In this document: in pieces, positions 12,664-26,200 of the stretch
How the letters are laid out: each line of letters starts with the position of its first letter
Position numbering within the stretch: the first letter of the stretch is position 1
Source of the DNA: Macrostomum hystrix
Lineage: Eukaryota; Animalia; Platyhelminthes
Length of the DNA: 64,000 bases
Reading direction: 5' to 3'
Assembly: GCA_950097015.1 (NCBI GenBank)
Contig: CATNEN010000038.1
Span: 35,278,001-35,342,000, forward strand
Notes under the pieces: model-generated
What the model was told of the DNA's origin: nothing
Seen by the model: the letters and a program-made list of their open reading frames with translations, nothing else
Databases searched by the model: none
Position numbers and translations under genes: made by a program

Positions 12664-13714
12664 GAAATACAATTGGAACATTGTATTGCATTACTTAGAT
12701 ATTGAGAAATTGATATAATGTAGATTTTGGTTTATTCCTTGCAAGACATGATTTAACGGAAGGTGTAGCTAACCATGACATTATGCTTGTAACTGCCAGA
12801 CCAAGAATTCACTACGATAGCATGTAATGACGTAAAAAACGAGGTCCACTTCTTACTCAAGTGTAGTTTGCCGAGTTGCTTGGCTCCCAATCTGTGGCTT
12901 CACAGAAATCTATGAAAAAAAAGAAATAAAATGGCTTGAATTAATTTTTAGCAAAAAAATCAAAAGCAACTACTAAAAGTAGTTGAATAAATACTTTTTC
13001 ATAGAGGAAAGAAAAGTTTTGTGCTAAACTAACTTAGTGTTTTGCACTTTTTTTCTCGCTTTTGGATTTTAGCATCCTCTCTCCCCGTTTTAGTCTATTG
13101 GCTGTTGAATGCCATAGACAAAAATCGCCTAACCCCGACGTGTTCAATGTGAAATCATGTGGTATGTTCCAGGCACTGGAAAACAAGGATGTAGGAATGG
13201 TAGATTTACGCACTAGGAAGCCTAGCATAAGTGCATTGATTTATGACCAAGTGTGTGTGCGCAAGACCAGCTCCTTCGGCCCATAGACAATACCCGTCTG
13301 GGATTTACTGCATAGTAGCTGCAGGTCTACTACTACCGCATAGTCATGTCATTTACCGCACAGTTGCGGAATTTACTGCACACTTCAATCTATTTCTTTG
13401 ATGGCCTTTAGGCCATAAACTAACTATACACGAGCTTGAGACGTTTACGCACACTTGGTTATATGTCAATGTTATAATTTGTGCTAAAATCTATCGTAAA
13501 AAGTCCATGCGTTCCTTCTCACAACCATTTACTTTGTACTTTATACCATGCACTTTCCACTAACATGACTACCGAGAATTTTCACGTTTTTTCACCATAC
13601 GGTGGAAATTCTAATTGCCTACCTTTAACAAGCGAACATCCGGGACTTCATTGACAAGCCACTGGTGCTGCTCTTTCAGTTCGCACTTCACAATGTCTCC
13701 ACTTATGTAACCAT

Positions 13715-14180
13715 TACTGGTGTGCAAACCTACCTGGTTTGACACTCAGGTAGGCAGCCGGACAGTTGTCCGAGGCGCAGAAGACGCTTCGCTGAAGCAG
13801 CTAGATTTCTACTGGCATTTTGTCTCTCCTGGTCACCTCGAGTTCGCAGCTGGGTCGCCTTCAGCGCATCTACATTCAACGCTGAGACATTCGCCTCGGT
13901 TGGAGCAGTTACCTAGGCACAGACCTTCGGTTAGGGCCTTAATCTTGCTGGAGTTTCTGAGCAACACAGTGGCATTGTACGAGCTCGTAGTTTATTTCAG
14001 TGTAGCACATTCCAAGCATTGAGCTGAAGAGGGACTGGGTGAAGTCAAACGTGCCGAGTGTGGAAGCATATAGAGCTCAAATCAACTTGAATTTGAACTT
14101 CCGCTTGACCATTTGGGTCTTTTGTTTCGGCGCAGATCTCAGTGCTGACAGACCGCCCTCTGTGAGTTCCACGCATTCGA
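13715..14180 (-). pseudogene. Decayed exon with an EGF-like module (possibly VWD/EGF-protein-like)
   Basis: The minus strand reads ...GTFDFTQSLFSSMLGMCYTEI, then after a frameshift ...LTEGLCLGNCSNRGECLSVECRCAEG followed by a premature stop. A CAG|GTAGGT donor-like site lies near 13733. Confidence 0.4.
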
Positions 14181-15239
14181 GGAATATGGTAAATCAATTA
14201 GTCGCATGTAACTAACAACCTGCATGTACACCTGAACCTGAAGGCTGCATACGGCTGTTCAGTCCATGGACAGGGGGGCGCTACACTTGCCTTAAACTAT
14301 TTCCCAGTTAATGCTTTGACCATTTAACAGCTAAGAGACCTGAAGAAATGCAGACTTAGCTGTCTTGCTAAAGCACAAATTTTTTCCCTTTCATGAATCA
14401 GGAATCAGGAATCGAACCCCCGACATTCAAGTAGTGGGTCCGATGCTCGAACGACTATGGTATACAATCCCAAGAAAACTTACACCCTATATTTGTTGAT
14501 TCGATTGCAATTAGACGAATTAGTTCAGCACAGTTAAAAGGTGACTTTTTACTAGCAGACAGAAATTCTTGCCCCTATATATGCACCCTTAAACACGTAG
14601 TCATAATAAATTCCACTGATTAATAAACACTAGATCAGATGCAAAAGTTGATATAGCTTAGATGTTTAGATGTTTGAGAGGACTATTGGTGCGATGTCGC
14701 CATAGCAAAGTATTTATGCACCGGTGCAGCGCAGATTGAAGCCACACAGACTAAAAGCCACTGCACTGCTGCTGCTACTGCTGCGGAATTCAAAGAACGA
14801 CACTTTTAAAATCTATAACAGTCCCGTCCGTATGAATATTCTGGCCTTTCACTAAGAGCGAAAATCTGCGGCAATATGAGGTGATATTCTTAGTAGTTTG
14901 CTTCTGGAAAGCTACGAGCATAATTTAGTCTCAATGCGAGTTTCTTAATAAACATGCTTCATTAAGCATGTTACTCACCAACTTATATTGACTCAAACAT
15001 AGGCAGTATTTACTTGACAGCTTATTTCATAAATATTTCACTACAAACCCTAAAATTTCCCTATCAAAAAAGTTTACTTTTAATTATCACTTTCCAGAAG
15101 GTTCCTTTTCCTGAACTTTCTCTTCCCTGAAGTTTCATTTCCATGAAGTTTGCATTGGTAATTGTACGCAACAAATAGCAGAGAATAACAATTTTTTTAT
15201 TTGTATTGTTTATTTGAGTGGCTTAAATAACAATAAATA

Positions 15240-15596
15240 ATAATTGCAGGAGAGCATCGGGCAATGGCACATCATTCGGTGACACTAGACCCGCAGCCAG
15301 CGAGGAGGCAATTTTGCACACTTTGCTGACTCTTGAGCACACACGCACACAAATACAGTATGCAGGCACACACTCAAATAGTTGTACATCTCCCCTGACT
15401 TTCTCATCGTCAGGCAGTGCATTACACTTATCTGTGCCTTGGAGGTTGGCCCTCAAGGACGTAAATTGCATGACAAGCCCCCAAGCCTTCTCTCCCATGG
15501 CTGCGCCCCAAATAGATGTGGCCTCGCCGTGGAATCGAACTTTGGGGACCTTGATGCGAGAGGCAAACGCGTTAACCGCTCTGCCACCGACCCCCG
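15240..15596 (-). mobile_element. tRNA-SINE copy, near full-length
   Basis: Reverse-complement match to 3878-4235, including A/B boxes and an ATT-rich tail. Confidence 0.8.
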
Positions 15597-15991
15597 AGTA
15601 GCTTTAAAAATTGTAAAAATAATTTTCTGAACTATAAAAACAAGGTTAATCAATATAGAAAAATTTAGGAATACTTTTTTGTCGCGTAAACACAAAGTTG
15701 GATGATAAATGACTGATGCTAGAATAGATTCATTGCTAGATTACTGCTCACAACATGGATATGTAAAATAGTGGTTAAATCGTATTAAAGTTTAGTCACA
15801 ATAAATGAAATTATGAAGATTTGTCAACAGTTTGTGAGACGACCTACTTGGAAGTTGTTTTTGGAAGTCAGGTACAGCACTGCTATTGTTGATTGGCTTG
15901 ATCGTTATCCATTCTGACGCACTGCATTGTAATGCACTGCCTGGGGAATTCTCCAATGGATTTGAGCAAAACGAATCGTTTTCTATGCAAT

Positions 15992-17729
15992 TCATAACAG
16001 AGATAAGCAGTAGAACAGCAGCAGAAGCCAAGCAAGCAAATGCGTCTTCGAAAGCCACAAAGTCAATCTCGAATTGCAGTCGCGACGTAGTTGAAGTCTG
16101 TCAATGGGTCCGTTGCACAATGGCTGCTGACAGCAGATGATACTGGCACTTTCGTAGCAGACGCTTGGTACGGGAAGTCGAATGACAGGGCCAGAACTCG
16201 ACACTATTACCTGTTGAGTTTGGAAGAGATAAGGGGCACAAGAAGTGATTAACAGTTGAAAAACAACGCTATTTTCCCTCTGGGGAAAGACCACAGGAGT
16301 TGCAAATACCCACTGCCTACTTGACGATAGCTCCCAAACCGAATGACCAGTTTTCGTGAGAGTATAAACAAGTTTTCGCCCTTTTCGGATAAACTGACTA
16401 CCTTTTTAAGCCTTCCGAGTAAGCACCGTCGAGATATTCAGCGATGATTATCGAGTGACAAGGACAACAATTATTGCAATGTATAAACCTTTTTCCATTT
16501 TGGTTGAAAAAAAACTAAGAATATAGTCAATACAATAAAACCGAAGTGGTTATATGATGGATTTTGTGGCTCTTGCCACCAGACACTCTTGCTGTTTCTA
16601 CGGTTAGGAGATAAAAGGATTGACGAGCCCAAATATTAAAATGTGTATTCTTGAGCAAGGCCTTCATTCTCTAGAGCTTCAGTTCAACCAGCTGTAAAAT
16701 GAGTGTGAATTAAGCCTCCACAGTCCATCGACTGAAAAGCTTACACAGTAAGCTAATAATATTTGCTAGAAATTTGTTTTTCGATTTCTTTGTTGATCAA
16801 TTTTGCGAGTGCTGCAATAATGAAATTTATTCACTGAAACCATCATCCTAAGTTTGGGGTGGTGAGTAGCAGAGCGGTTAACGCGTTTGCCTCTCGCATC
16901 AAGTTCGATTCCACGACGAGGCCACGTTTATTTGGGGCGCAGCCGCGGAGAGAAGGCTTGGAGGCTTGTCGTGCGCTTTATGCCATAGAGGGCCAACCTC
17001 CAAGGCTCAGTGAAAGTGTACACTGCCTGACGATGAGACAGTCAGGGCAGATGTGTAGTTCGTACACACGTGTGAGTTTGAGTCATTGCCTCCTCGCTGG
17101 CTGCGAGTCTACTGTCACCAAATGATGTGCCAGTGTTTACAGCTCTCTTGCTATATTGTTCATATTATTAAACAAAGTTTCTGTAACTATGTAATAATGC
17201 TCTGTACTGTAAGCACATCACAACTAGCTTACCACGCAGTATTTTCCACTAGCTGTTGGTGTCTGCTCATCGACTGTCGGACAGTTCTGACAGTTGTAGC
17301 AAATGATTCTGGAGTCGGCACTGCTGTTGCCCTGAGCTATGGCGAACGGTGCTAGAATTTTTGAGGGGGATTTTTAAGGGTCTTGAAGATATTCAAGGAC
17401 AGAATTTTCGGATTATGTAGGATTGGAATTTGAAAATAATTTGAAGATACTTTGAGATGGGATTTGAAGATTAGTGCTCAGCGCTTTGTCCTGAAATGAT
17501 TTGAGATGGGATTTCAGGATGGGATGGGATTTTAACATAATTGGAGACGGGATTTCGGAATATTTTCAGATGAGATTTAACGATAAAAGCGACCAAGAAA
17601 TTGTTCTTTGCCAATCAATTCTCGTTTTAAGTGTAAGAGACAAAAATGTGAGATGTTTTTATTTAAATACTTGCTATGGAACTCACTCAAATAGATTAGC
17701 AATCCAAGTATGATTCCACAATGGTTCAT
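15992..17729 (-). CDS. Ly6/uPAR three-finger protein 'E' (divergent paralog), 3 exons (17729-17687, 17351-17233, 16210-15992), 126 aa
   Basis: MNHCGIILGLLIYL|TPFAIAQGNSSADSRIICYNCQNCPTVDEQTPTASGKYCV|VIVSSSGPVIRLPVPSVCYESASIICCQQPLCNG... ending in a hydrophobic tail. GT-AG introns in phases 1 and 0, as in A-D; CCxxxxCN signature. Confidence 0.82.
16855..17150 (+). mobile_element. tRNA-SINE copy in intron 2 of gene E
   Basis: Direct match to 3878-4235. Confidence 0.75.
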
Positions 17730-18454
17730 GTTGTCGAAAATTTCAGAAAACTTTCTAATTATTTTTAAACGTGCCTATCAAAGTGTGGACAGAAGCCTAT
17801 AAATTTATAAGCGTATTCAGGTGTAAGCAGTGATGGATACCTGTGGCAGACATGAAGGCTATTTTCGACAAAAAATCACTGGCTACATGAATTAATCCAG
17901 CATGTTTGCAATGGGTGCTTTGCTGTGCATTCTCTAGCTGATTGCAAGGGAGGTCAATATTACTTGCAAACTGTTATGTGCTTTATGTACAGATCTCTCT
18001 ATCATAGTAGTGCGTACATCTCCTTCTATACTGACTCCTTCCATCTAACCCTCCGAACATGCAGCATCTCCCCCTTCCCCTGTGTACGGCACGGCCTTCT
18101 AAATTCACTTTCCGAACTTTCACTCCGTCAAAAAATCGTGTGCGTTTATGGTTCTATCACTTTACCAGTAGCGTAGGGAAATTGAGAGATGTACTTTATC
18201 GTCTTATATTTACATGTACATGAAGATGTACGTATAAATCTTATCGTACATAAAAAAATCTGTCATAATTTTATCGCGCCAGAATTTCATCTCATCTCTC
18301 GAGTATCTCATCTCTCCCCTATCTCTTCTCTCCTGGGTCTCATCTCTCCTGTTTCTCATCTCTCCCCTATTTCTTCTCTCCTGTGGCTCATTTCTCCTGT
18401 GTCTCATCTCTAACCTTTCTCATGTCTCCACTATCTCATATTTCTAAAGTCAAT

Positions 18455-19285
18455 GCTACAGAACTGAGATTCTTCAGGACTGCAAAGCTACTGGACTGAG
18501 ATTCTTCAGGACTGCAAAGCTACTGGACTGAGATTCTTCAGGACTGCAAAGCTACTGGACTGAGATTCTTCAGGACTGCAAAGCTACTGGACTGAGATTC
18601 TTCAGGACTGCAAAGCTACTGGACTGAGATTCTTCAGGACTGCAAAGCTACTGGACTGAGATTCTTCAGGACTGCACAGCTACTGGACTGAGATTCTTCA
18701 GGACTGCAAAGCTACTGGACTGAGATTCTTCAGGACTGCACAGCTACTGGACTGAGATTCTTCAGGACTGCAAACTTACTGGACTGAGATTCTTCAGGAC
18801 TGCACAGCTACTGGACTGAGATTCTTCAGGACTGCAAAGCTACTGGACTGAGATTCTTCAGGACTGCAAAGCTACTGGACTGAGATTCTTCAGGACTGCA
18901 AAGCTACTGGACTGAGATTCTTCAGGACTGCAAAGCTACTGGACTGAGATTCTTCAGGACTGCAAAGCTACTGGACTGAGATTCTTCAGGACTGCACAGC
19001 TACTGGACTGAGATTCTTCAGGACTGCAAAGCTACTGGACTGAGATTCTTCAGGACTGCACAGCTACTGGACTGAGATTCTTCAGGACTGCAAACTTACT
19101 GGACTGAGATTCTTCAGGACTGCACAGCTACTGGACTGAGATTCTTCAGGACTGCAAAGCTACTGGACTGAGATTCTTCAGGACTGCAAAGCTACTGGAC
19201 TGAGATTCTTCAGGACTGCAAAGCTACTGGACTGAGATTCTTCAGGACTGCAAAGCTACTGGACTGAGATTCTTCAGGACTGCAC
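18455..19285. repeat. 32-bp satellite array (GGACTGCAAAGCTACTGGACTGAGATTCTTCA), intergenic between genes A and E
   Basis: About 26 highly homogeneous copies. Confidence 0.96.
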
Positions 19286-19632
19286 GATTTAACTTGCTAT
19301 AGAAATAGATGATGGCAGAAACGGTTTATTTTTTATTGCGTTTGAAGTACGAGTTTGAGTACGAGTATGAGTTTGCTTATTGCGCAAAAGTATTATAGCT
19401 TCAAATGTAGCTATTGAGTAATTAGCAAGTTTTAAATATGCAATGCTAAAAATATTATATTTTTTGGTTCATAAGTGGTAGGATTGGCTTCTTTTTAATG
19501 ATGCTTAAACAAGAACTTCTATACCACCTCTAGTTCATTCGTCTGTTTTTGCTTTAGTAGGCATGGTACAGAACGTTCGGATTATTGTAAAAAAAAGCAC
19601 AGAAACTAGAAAATCATCCATGGAACATTGCT

Positions 19633-22206
19633 TTATAGGCTGCAGTTGCTGACAATCTGCTGCAGGACAACCGAAACTATCAGAAGGAACAGAGCACCAG
19701 ACACTTGATGGCCGGTGTTGCACAGGTTAGATACGCAGCAGTATGAATAATCCAGTACCTCAAGGCAGAACGGAACAGCGCTTCTAGCGACAATTCCTTT
19801 CACAACCAATTTCTGTTTGTTAAATTGTTAAAAAGTAAATTCTATTCAGAGGTTGCATCGGAAAGATTTAGGGATTAGAAATCATATTCATTTGGTGGCA
19901 GACTCAAGTCTATGTGCATGGCCTCCTAAAGATTCCTACTCAGGGACTTTGGTGTGAGAGGCAAACGTGCGAACAAATCTCTCCCTCAGCCCCAGATAAT
20001 GAAAAGTTTAGTTTGATATTTTAACCACAAGTAAAATAAATTTTTGTGTTTTTTCGAATCCAATTGACAGGACTGCAAACTTACTGGACTGAGATTCTTC
20101 AGGACTGCAAAGCTACTGGACTAAGATTCGTCAGGACTGCAAAGCTACTGGACTGGGATTCTTCAGGACAGCGGATCTACTGGGCTGAGATTCTTCAGGA
20201 CTGCAAAGCTTCTGGACTGAGATTCTTCAGGACTGCAAACTTACTGGACTGAGATTCTTCAGGACTGCAAAGCTACCGGACTGAGATTCTTCAGGACTGC
20301 AAAGCTACTGGACTGAGATTCTTCAGGACTGCAAAGCTACTGGACTGAGATTCTTCAGGACTGCAAAGCTATGGACTGAGATTCTTTAGGACTGCAAAGC
20401 TACTGGACTAAGATTCTTCAGGACTGCGGATCTACTGGAATGAGATTCTTCAGGACTGCGGATCTACTGGAATGAGATTCTTCAGGACTGCGGATCTACT
20501 GGAATGAGATTCTTCAGGACTGCGGATCTACTGGACTGAGATTCTTCAGAACTGCAAAGCTTCTGGACTGAGATTCTTCAGGACTGCAAACTTACTGGAC
20601 TGAGATTCTTCAGGACTGCAAAGCTACTGGACTGAGATTCTTCAGGACTGCAAAGCTATGGACTGAGATTCTTTAGGACTGCAAAGCTACTGGACTAAGA
20701 TTCTTCAGGACTGCGGATCTAATGGAATGAGATTCTTCAGGACTGCGGATCTACTGGAATGAGATTCTTCAGGACTGCGGATCTACTGGAATGAGATTCT
20801 TCAGGACTGCGGATCTACTGGACTGAGATTCTTCAGGACTGCAAAGCTTCTGGACTGAGATTCTTCAGGACTGCAAACTTACTGGACTGAGATTCTTCAG
20901 GACTGGAAACTTACTGGACTGAGATTCTTCAGGACTGCAAAGCTACTGGACTGAGATTCTTCAGGACTGCAAACTTACTGGACTGAGATTCTTCAGGACT
21001 GCAAAGCTACCGGACTGAGATTCTTCAGGACTGCAAAGCTACTGGACTGAGATTCTTCAGGACTGCAAAGCTACTGGACTGAGATTCTTCAGGACTGCAA
21101 AGCTACTGGACGGAGATTCGTCAGGACTGCAAAGCTACTGGACTGAGATTCGTCAGGACTGCAAAGCTACTGGACTGAGATTCTTCAGGACTACGAATCT
21201 ACTGGACTGAGATTCATTAGGACTACGAATCTGCTGGACTGAGATTCTTTAGGACTACAAATCTACTGGACTGAGATTCTTTAGGACTACAAATCTACTG
21301 GACTGAGATTCTTTAGGACTACAAATCTACTGGACTGAGATTCTTTAGGACTACAAATCTACTGGACTGAGATTCGTCAGGACTACGAATCTACTGGACT
21401 GAGATTCTTTAGGACTACCAATCTATTGGACTGAGATTCTTTAGGACTACGAATCTACTGGACTGAGATTCTTTAGGACTACGAATCTACTGGACTGAGA
21501 TTCTTTAGGACTACCAATCTACTGGACTGAGATTCTTTAGGACTACAAATCTACTGGACTGAGATTCTTTAGGACTACGAATCTACTGGACTGAGATTCT
21601 TTAGGACTACGAATCTACTGGACTGAGATTCTTTAGGACTACGAATCTACTGGACTGAGATTCTTTAGGACTACGAATCTACTGGACTGAGATTCTTTAG
21701 GACTACGAATCTACTGGACTGAGATTCTTTAGGACTACGAATCTACTGGACTGAGATTCTTTAGGACTACGAATCTACTTGACTGAGATTCTTTAGGACT
21801 ACGAATCTACTGGACTGAGATTCTTTAGGACTACGAATCTACTGGACTGAGATTCTTTAGGACTACGAATCTACTGGACTGAGATTCTTTAGGACTACGA
21901 ATCTACTGGACTGAGATTGCGTTTATGTCCACTGCAGCGCTTGTTTTTAGGTTCGTGATACATGACTCACAAGGCAGTATGAACTCTCTATTATTTCGGT
22001 TGTATCGTCCACACTATTGCAGCCTATGCAGACATAGCACTTTGCGGCGTTGGTTCCAGCGATGCAAACTAAAATGTTAAAAATCGTTGTATGAAGCTTT
22101 AAAACTAATGAAAGCTGAATTTCTAAATTGAAAAAAAATGATGAGACTGTCTTGACTAACATGCAGACAGTATTCCGATCGAAAGAATGGAACGAAGTTT
22201 CAACAT
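19633..22206 (-). CDS. Ly6/uPAR three-finger protein 'A', 3 exons (22206-22161, 22068-21971, 19812-19633), 107 aa, predicted GPI anchor
   Basis: MLKLRSILSIGILSA|FCIAGTNAAKCYVCIGCNSVDDTTEIIESSYCL|KLVVKGIVARSAVPFCLEVLDYSYCCVSNLCNTGHQVSGALFLLIVSVVLQQIVSNCSL*. Canonical GT-AG sites and an intact frame. Confidence 0.88.
20068..21918. repeat. 32-bp satellite in intron 2 of gene A
   Basis: About 58 copies; from about 21190 onward a homogenised variant (GGACTACGAATCTACT...TTCTTTA) takes over. Confidence 0.96.
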
Positions 22207-23299
22207 TTTTCTAGCTTCCAGTAAGGCTTGGACAGGTGCTGTAGAAGAAACTCGCCCTGCTTTTAAAAAATTTAGCGATAAATATTCCTTTAGCTTGATG
22301 CGAAATTAAAGTAGAGAAACTGCAGCAAGTTATAAACACACCGAAAGTTATTCAGAATAAACTTTAGTGCTGGAGGAAGTGTACAACGTTGTCTAGAAAT
22401 GACGAAACAGCTTGTCGCTAACTTTTATGAGCAGTGGAGTCTAATGGGAATAAACAGGGTATGTTCAGCGAATGAATATTTGGTAAATATGATTTCGCTG
22501 AATTAACGCATTTGTCAGACTATGTGGATAGTAGCGTGGCTACTCCAGGTTAGTGAACGCGGCGGGGGAGGACCGCTGCCCCACCCCAGCCTTTGGGGGT
22601 GTTTTAAGCGCCATGCGCGGGCCTCCTGCGCACGGCTGCCCTATCACGGCGTGCTCAATGTCTTATCTTTATCCATGATTTTTTACTCCCTAATCTTTCT
22701 TACCGCTGTTAAATAAAACTTTTTCTTATTGCTAAAAATGCTTTCGCACCTCACAGGGGTTTTGTTCCCCGCTTTGTTCGCTTTGCTCACCACTGCCTCG
22801 CCTTCGCCTTACTTCCGCGGCGCTGTTCACAAAATCCTCCTAATTGATTTCTTCTCATTACCGATGATTAACTTTACTTTACTTTAGTTTCAGCTTCCAT
22901 TTCAATTCATTAGTTTTGTCGTGCCGTAACAACAGGGAGAACTATTGTTTTAAGATAGCTCAGCTAAGAAAAATACAAACCTAATTAATGGCCACTCTGG
23001 CCCTTTATATTATTTTGAACATGACTGACGGCAACGTGCCGCCCAAAACATAATGTGAATATAGCGCAATCAACCAGAGTAACGTGCCGTATGTGGACGC
23101 TACGAAGAACAAGTACATTAGTTAAGAAGTACCTTAGTTTAGCAGACAGACACGCACAGTACAGCAGAGATAGTTAATGATTATGAACATAGTTAACTAG
23201 TCAAGTGGTGCCACAGTTTTTTATACTTATTGTCTTTGGCCTTAATACAGGCTTTTAACTCAGCTAAAAACTACATATCCGCAAGTGCAATGTCCTCAA

Positions 23300-26200
23300 A
23301 CAAATATGAAATACATAAAGTCAAATCAAATGCGCTTGGCGGCCACACATTAAATTCATTGTCTCCGACCATTTTGGTAGCAGAGCGACTAAATCCGGCC
23401 CAAGCGACAAGTTTGATCCACGCCATGTCGAATCCATGCGCATTCGTCAGTACGACCGACAGATGCTCAGAGGATACAGATACTTGTATTTACTTCTTGT
23501 TCAGTCGGCTGTGCAAATGACTCTGCATCGAAGACTTTGCCTTCAGCCTCAGTAGAAGCAGTAGAATTGAGCTCCTTGAACTCTGACGGCTCCTTGGCCT
23601 GTGAAGTCTCCTGGTCTAGAGTCCTGGTAGTGATGTCGGATTGGTGCACTAACCGGGCTCGATCCAACCGGGAATTTGGTTGGGATTCGATTTCACACGA
23701 ATGTACACAGGCTTAGCAGATTCTGTTGGTGGGTGAAACTCTGTTGCAGAAGTAGAAAAGAGCGTGCGCGGAATTTTCAGGATGACCTGGCCAGCAGGAA
23801 TGGCTCCGATTGCAGATGGTGTGGTGTTTTGTGTCAGGCAGAACGCGTTGATTGAATGGTCCACATCACCAGCTGATCTGTTTAGCGACAGCTTGAGCTC
23901 TTGAATCACTCGCTCATTGTCGACCAATGCCGCTGCGTGGCGTGGTGGCGTTCCTGCGACTCTTCGTTGACAAGCCTGGCCTCGGAGCGGCCTCTGTGAA
24001 CTTCTCCCGGCCTCTGCTCAGCCCGCTTGGACATCCTGGACATCTGGTGATGTCCAGGAGGCGCTAAAACGTGTTGTATTTGGTTTTGTTTTACGAAGCG
24101 CTGGAATTCTTCCGAACGAAAATTAGTTCCGTTGTCTAAGAGAAAAAACTTGGGCAAACCAACATTACTTAAAACTCCTCCTGCAAGCCTTGATGACAGA
24201 AGAAGATGCGAGGAAATTGCGAACTTGCACATCAATCCAGCAAGAAAATACGAGGAACTTAAAGTATTGGTACATCGCAATGTCGATGTGAACACGTTCA
24301 AGAAATTCCTAAGCATCCGTCCAACTGGCTAGGTTGGCATTGGGCTTCTTGAGTGCGTGTAGCTGGCATGTGGCGCATCTGTTAATGTGCAAGTCCATGG
24401 ATGGCCACAAGAAATACTGCCGTCCAAGACGAATCGTTCGGATGATGCTGCGATGCTGCTCGTGGAGAAATTTCAGAATTTTGAGTCTCATTGCAACGGG
24501 AGGAGCGATTGGAATGTAGACGATTCCATTCTGGATGGTGTATTCGGATCGGTCTTAACTATACGGCTGCATAGATCGTCCTTGAGCGTCTAAAATGCCA
24601 GGCAAATAAGTGCGAGTTCTGTGACTTTGCAAAAGACTTTATTCTCTCACTGTTCATCTTCGGCTTGAAGAGCCAGTCTCTTCGTCAAAAGTTATTTGCC
24701 AAGGACCAGTTCACGCTCGAAACTTCGAGTGACTGAATCTCAGGATCCTTGGAAGCAGAAATTCTTTGAAGAAGTGTCTGTCAGATTGTCTGAACTCCTG
24801 AAGACTGTTAATCTCTTGCATGTTTACACAGCTAGTCCTTGCGGCTTCTCGACAACTTGGCAATCTCAATTGTCTCTCCTTGGGGCGAGCATTGGGTCGA
24901 AAGGAGCGAGCATTGTCTCTCCTTTCGAATAGCACACCCTGTAGTTTTATGAGCTTAGAGTAAGAGCCCAACGCTGCGGACGAGCAGAAACACTCTCTGA
25001 AGTGTTCCTTGGGTTAAAGATGTACATCAGGGGCGATGGTCAGATAGAATCAGATAGCTCTCAGGTGACCTGATTTACCACACGAGAAACATGCGCCCTT
25101 TAGCTGCATCCTGCGAGAAATTGTTGAAAGTATTTTACTCCTTTAACTATTGCCAACGCCTCGCGCTCGATGTTAGAGTAGTTGGACTCGGCATGCGTCA
25201 GCATCTGACTAGCGAGCCAGACAGCTCGCCTTTGGTTCTCGTCATATAAGAGCACGAATCCAATGCCATCCTTTGACGCATCGCAAGTGAGATATAGCGG
25301 CTTCGAGATGTCGTACGGAACTACTACTCTAGCAATGTTGGCTTTTAATTTGTTAAATGCCAGTCTATGAGTCTCTGTGCAACTCAATTGTACGTTCTTC
25401 ATGGAAAAGTTCTTGCAAAAGAGTTCATAATTTCAAAGGGTGGATATAGCACTTCGCAGCTTGTCCTTGTCCCTTGGCTCTGGTAGCTCAGTCAAAGCCT
25501 CCATCCGAGTACAGTTGTCCGTATTAAAGTATGAAGCCGAGGAACTTGACACTTTCATTGCACTTTTGCGACTTTTGGGTGTTGATTCTGAAGCCATACT
25601 GCGAAAATCGGTTCTTTACGAGGGACAGAACTCGGTGATGCTCTTTCAGACCTGGTGTTCCGAACATATCGTCCTGGTACGAAGCGACGTTCGGTCGAAT
25701 GTCGCGGGGAAGTTTATCCATCACTTCTTGGAAGATCAACGGTGCCGCAGAGATTCCGAATTGCACTCGACAATAGTCTTCCTTGAGAATGGTAATGATC
25801 GGGCTGGGTAGCACATGCTTTCGAATGACACTCCGGATTTCAGGCGAAAGCTTGCTCTGAATTTGTCTGCCTCATTGACAGAGACATGAGAGCACTTTAA
25901 GCTTGAGTCCAAGTCAGGTATCAGGTGCAGTGCTCAATTGAAGTTCAAAACGAGAATACTGTGCGTGTCCGGCTCTCAAACGAAAATGTCTCCGACTGCG
26001 CTCTTCTCGCTGTTGTCCTTGACCGTAGCATACCTCAGCACTCCGAGAGCAGCTGCCTGTGAGCCCCCACACTTTCAGAGACTTTGTGTTGTCACTTTGG
26101 ATTTTAAGGCCGGTCCTTTCATAGTGATGGCAGTGATTTGGCTCCCAGAGTCGACGCAGATAGTAGTTTTCAAATCACCAATTCGAAGCTCTTCAACCAA

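Noticed and set aside
14300-14470. Second SINE family (minus-strand B box at about 14410; core-like fragment at 16640-16710)
   Set aside because: Too short and degenerate to call without a repeat-library search.
17841-17930. Alternative exon 1 for gene E ending at a CAG|GTATCC donor
   Set aside because: It gives no in-frame signal peptide; 17729-17687 gives an ATG, a hydrophobic leader and a GTGAGT donor.
22900-23300. 3' LTR of the Gypsy relic
   Set aside because: I found no match to the sequence beyond the PBS-like site at 27040-27200.
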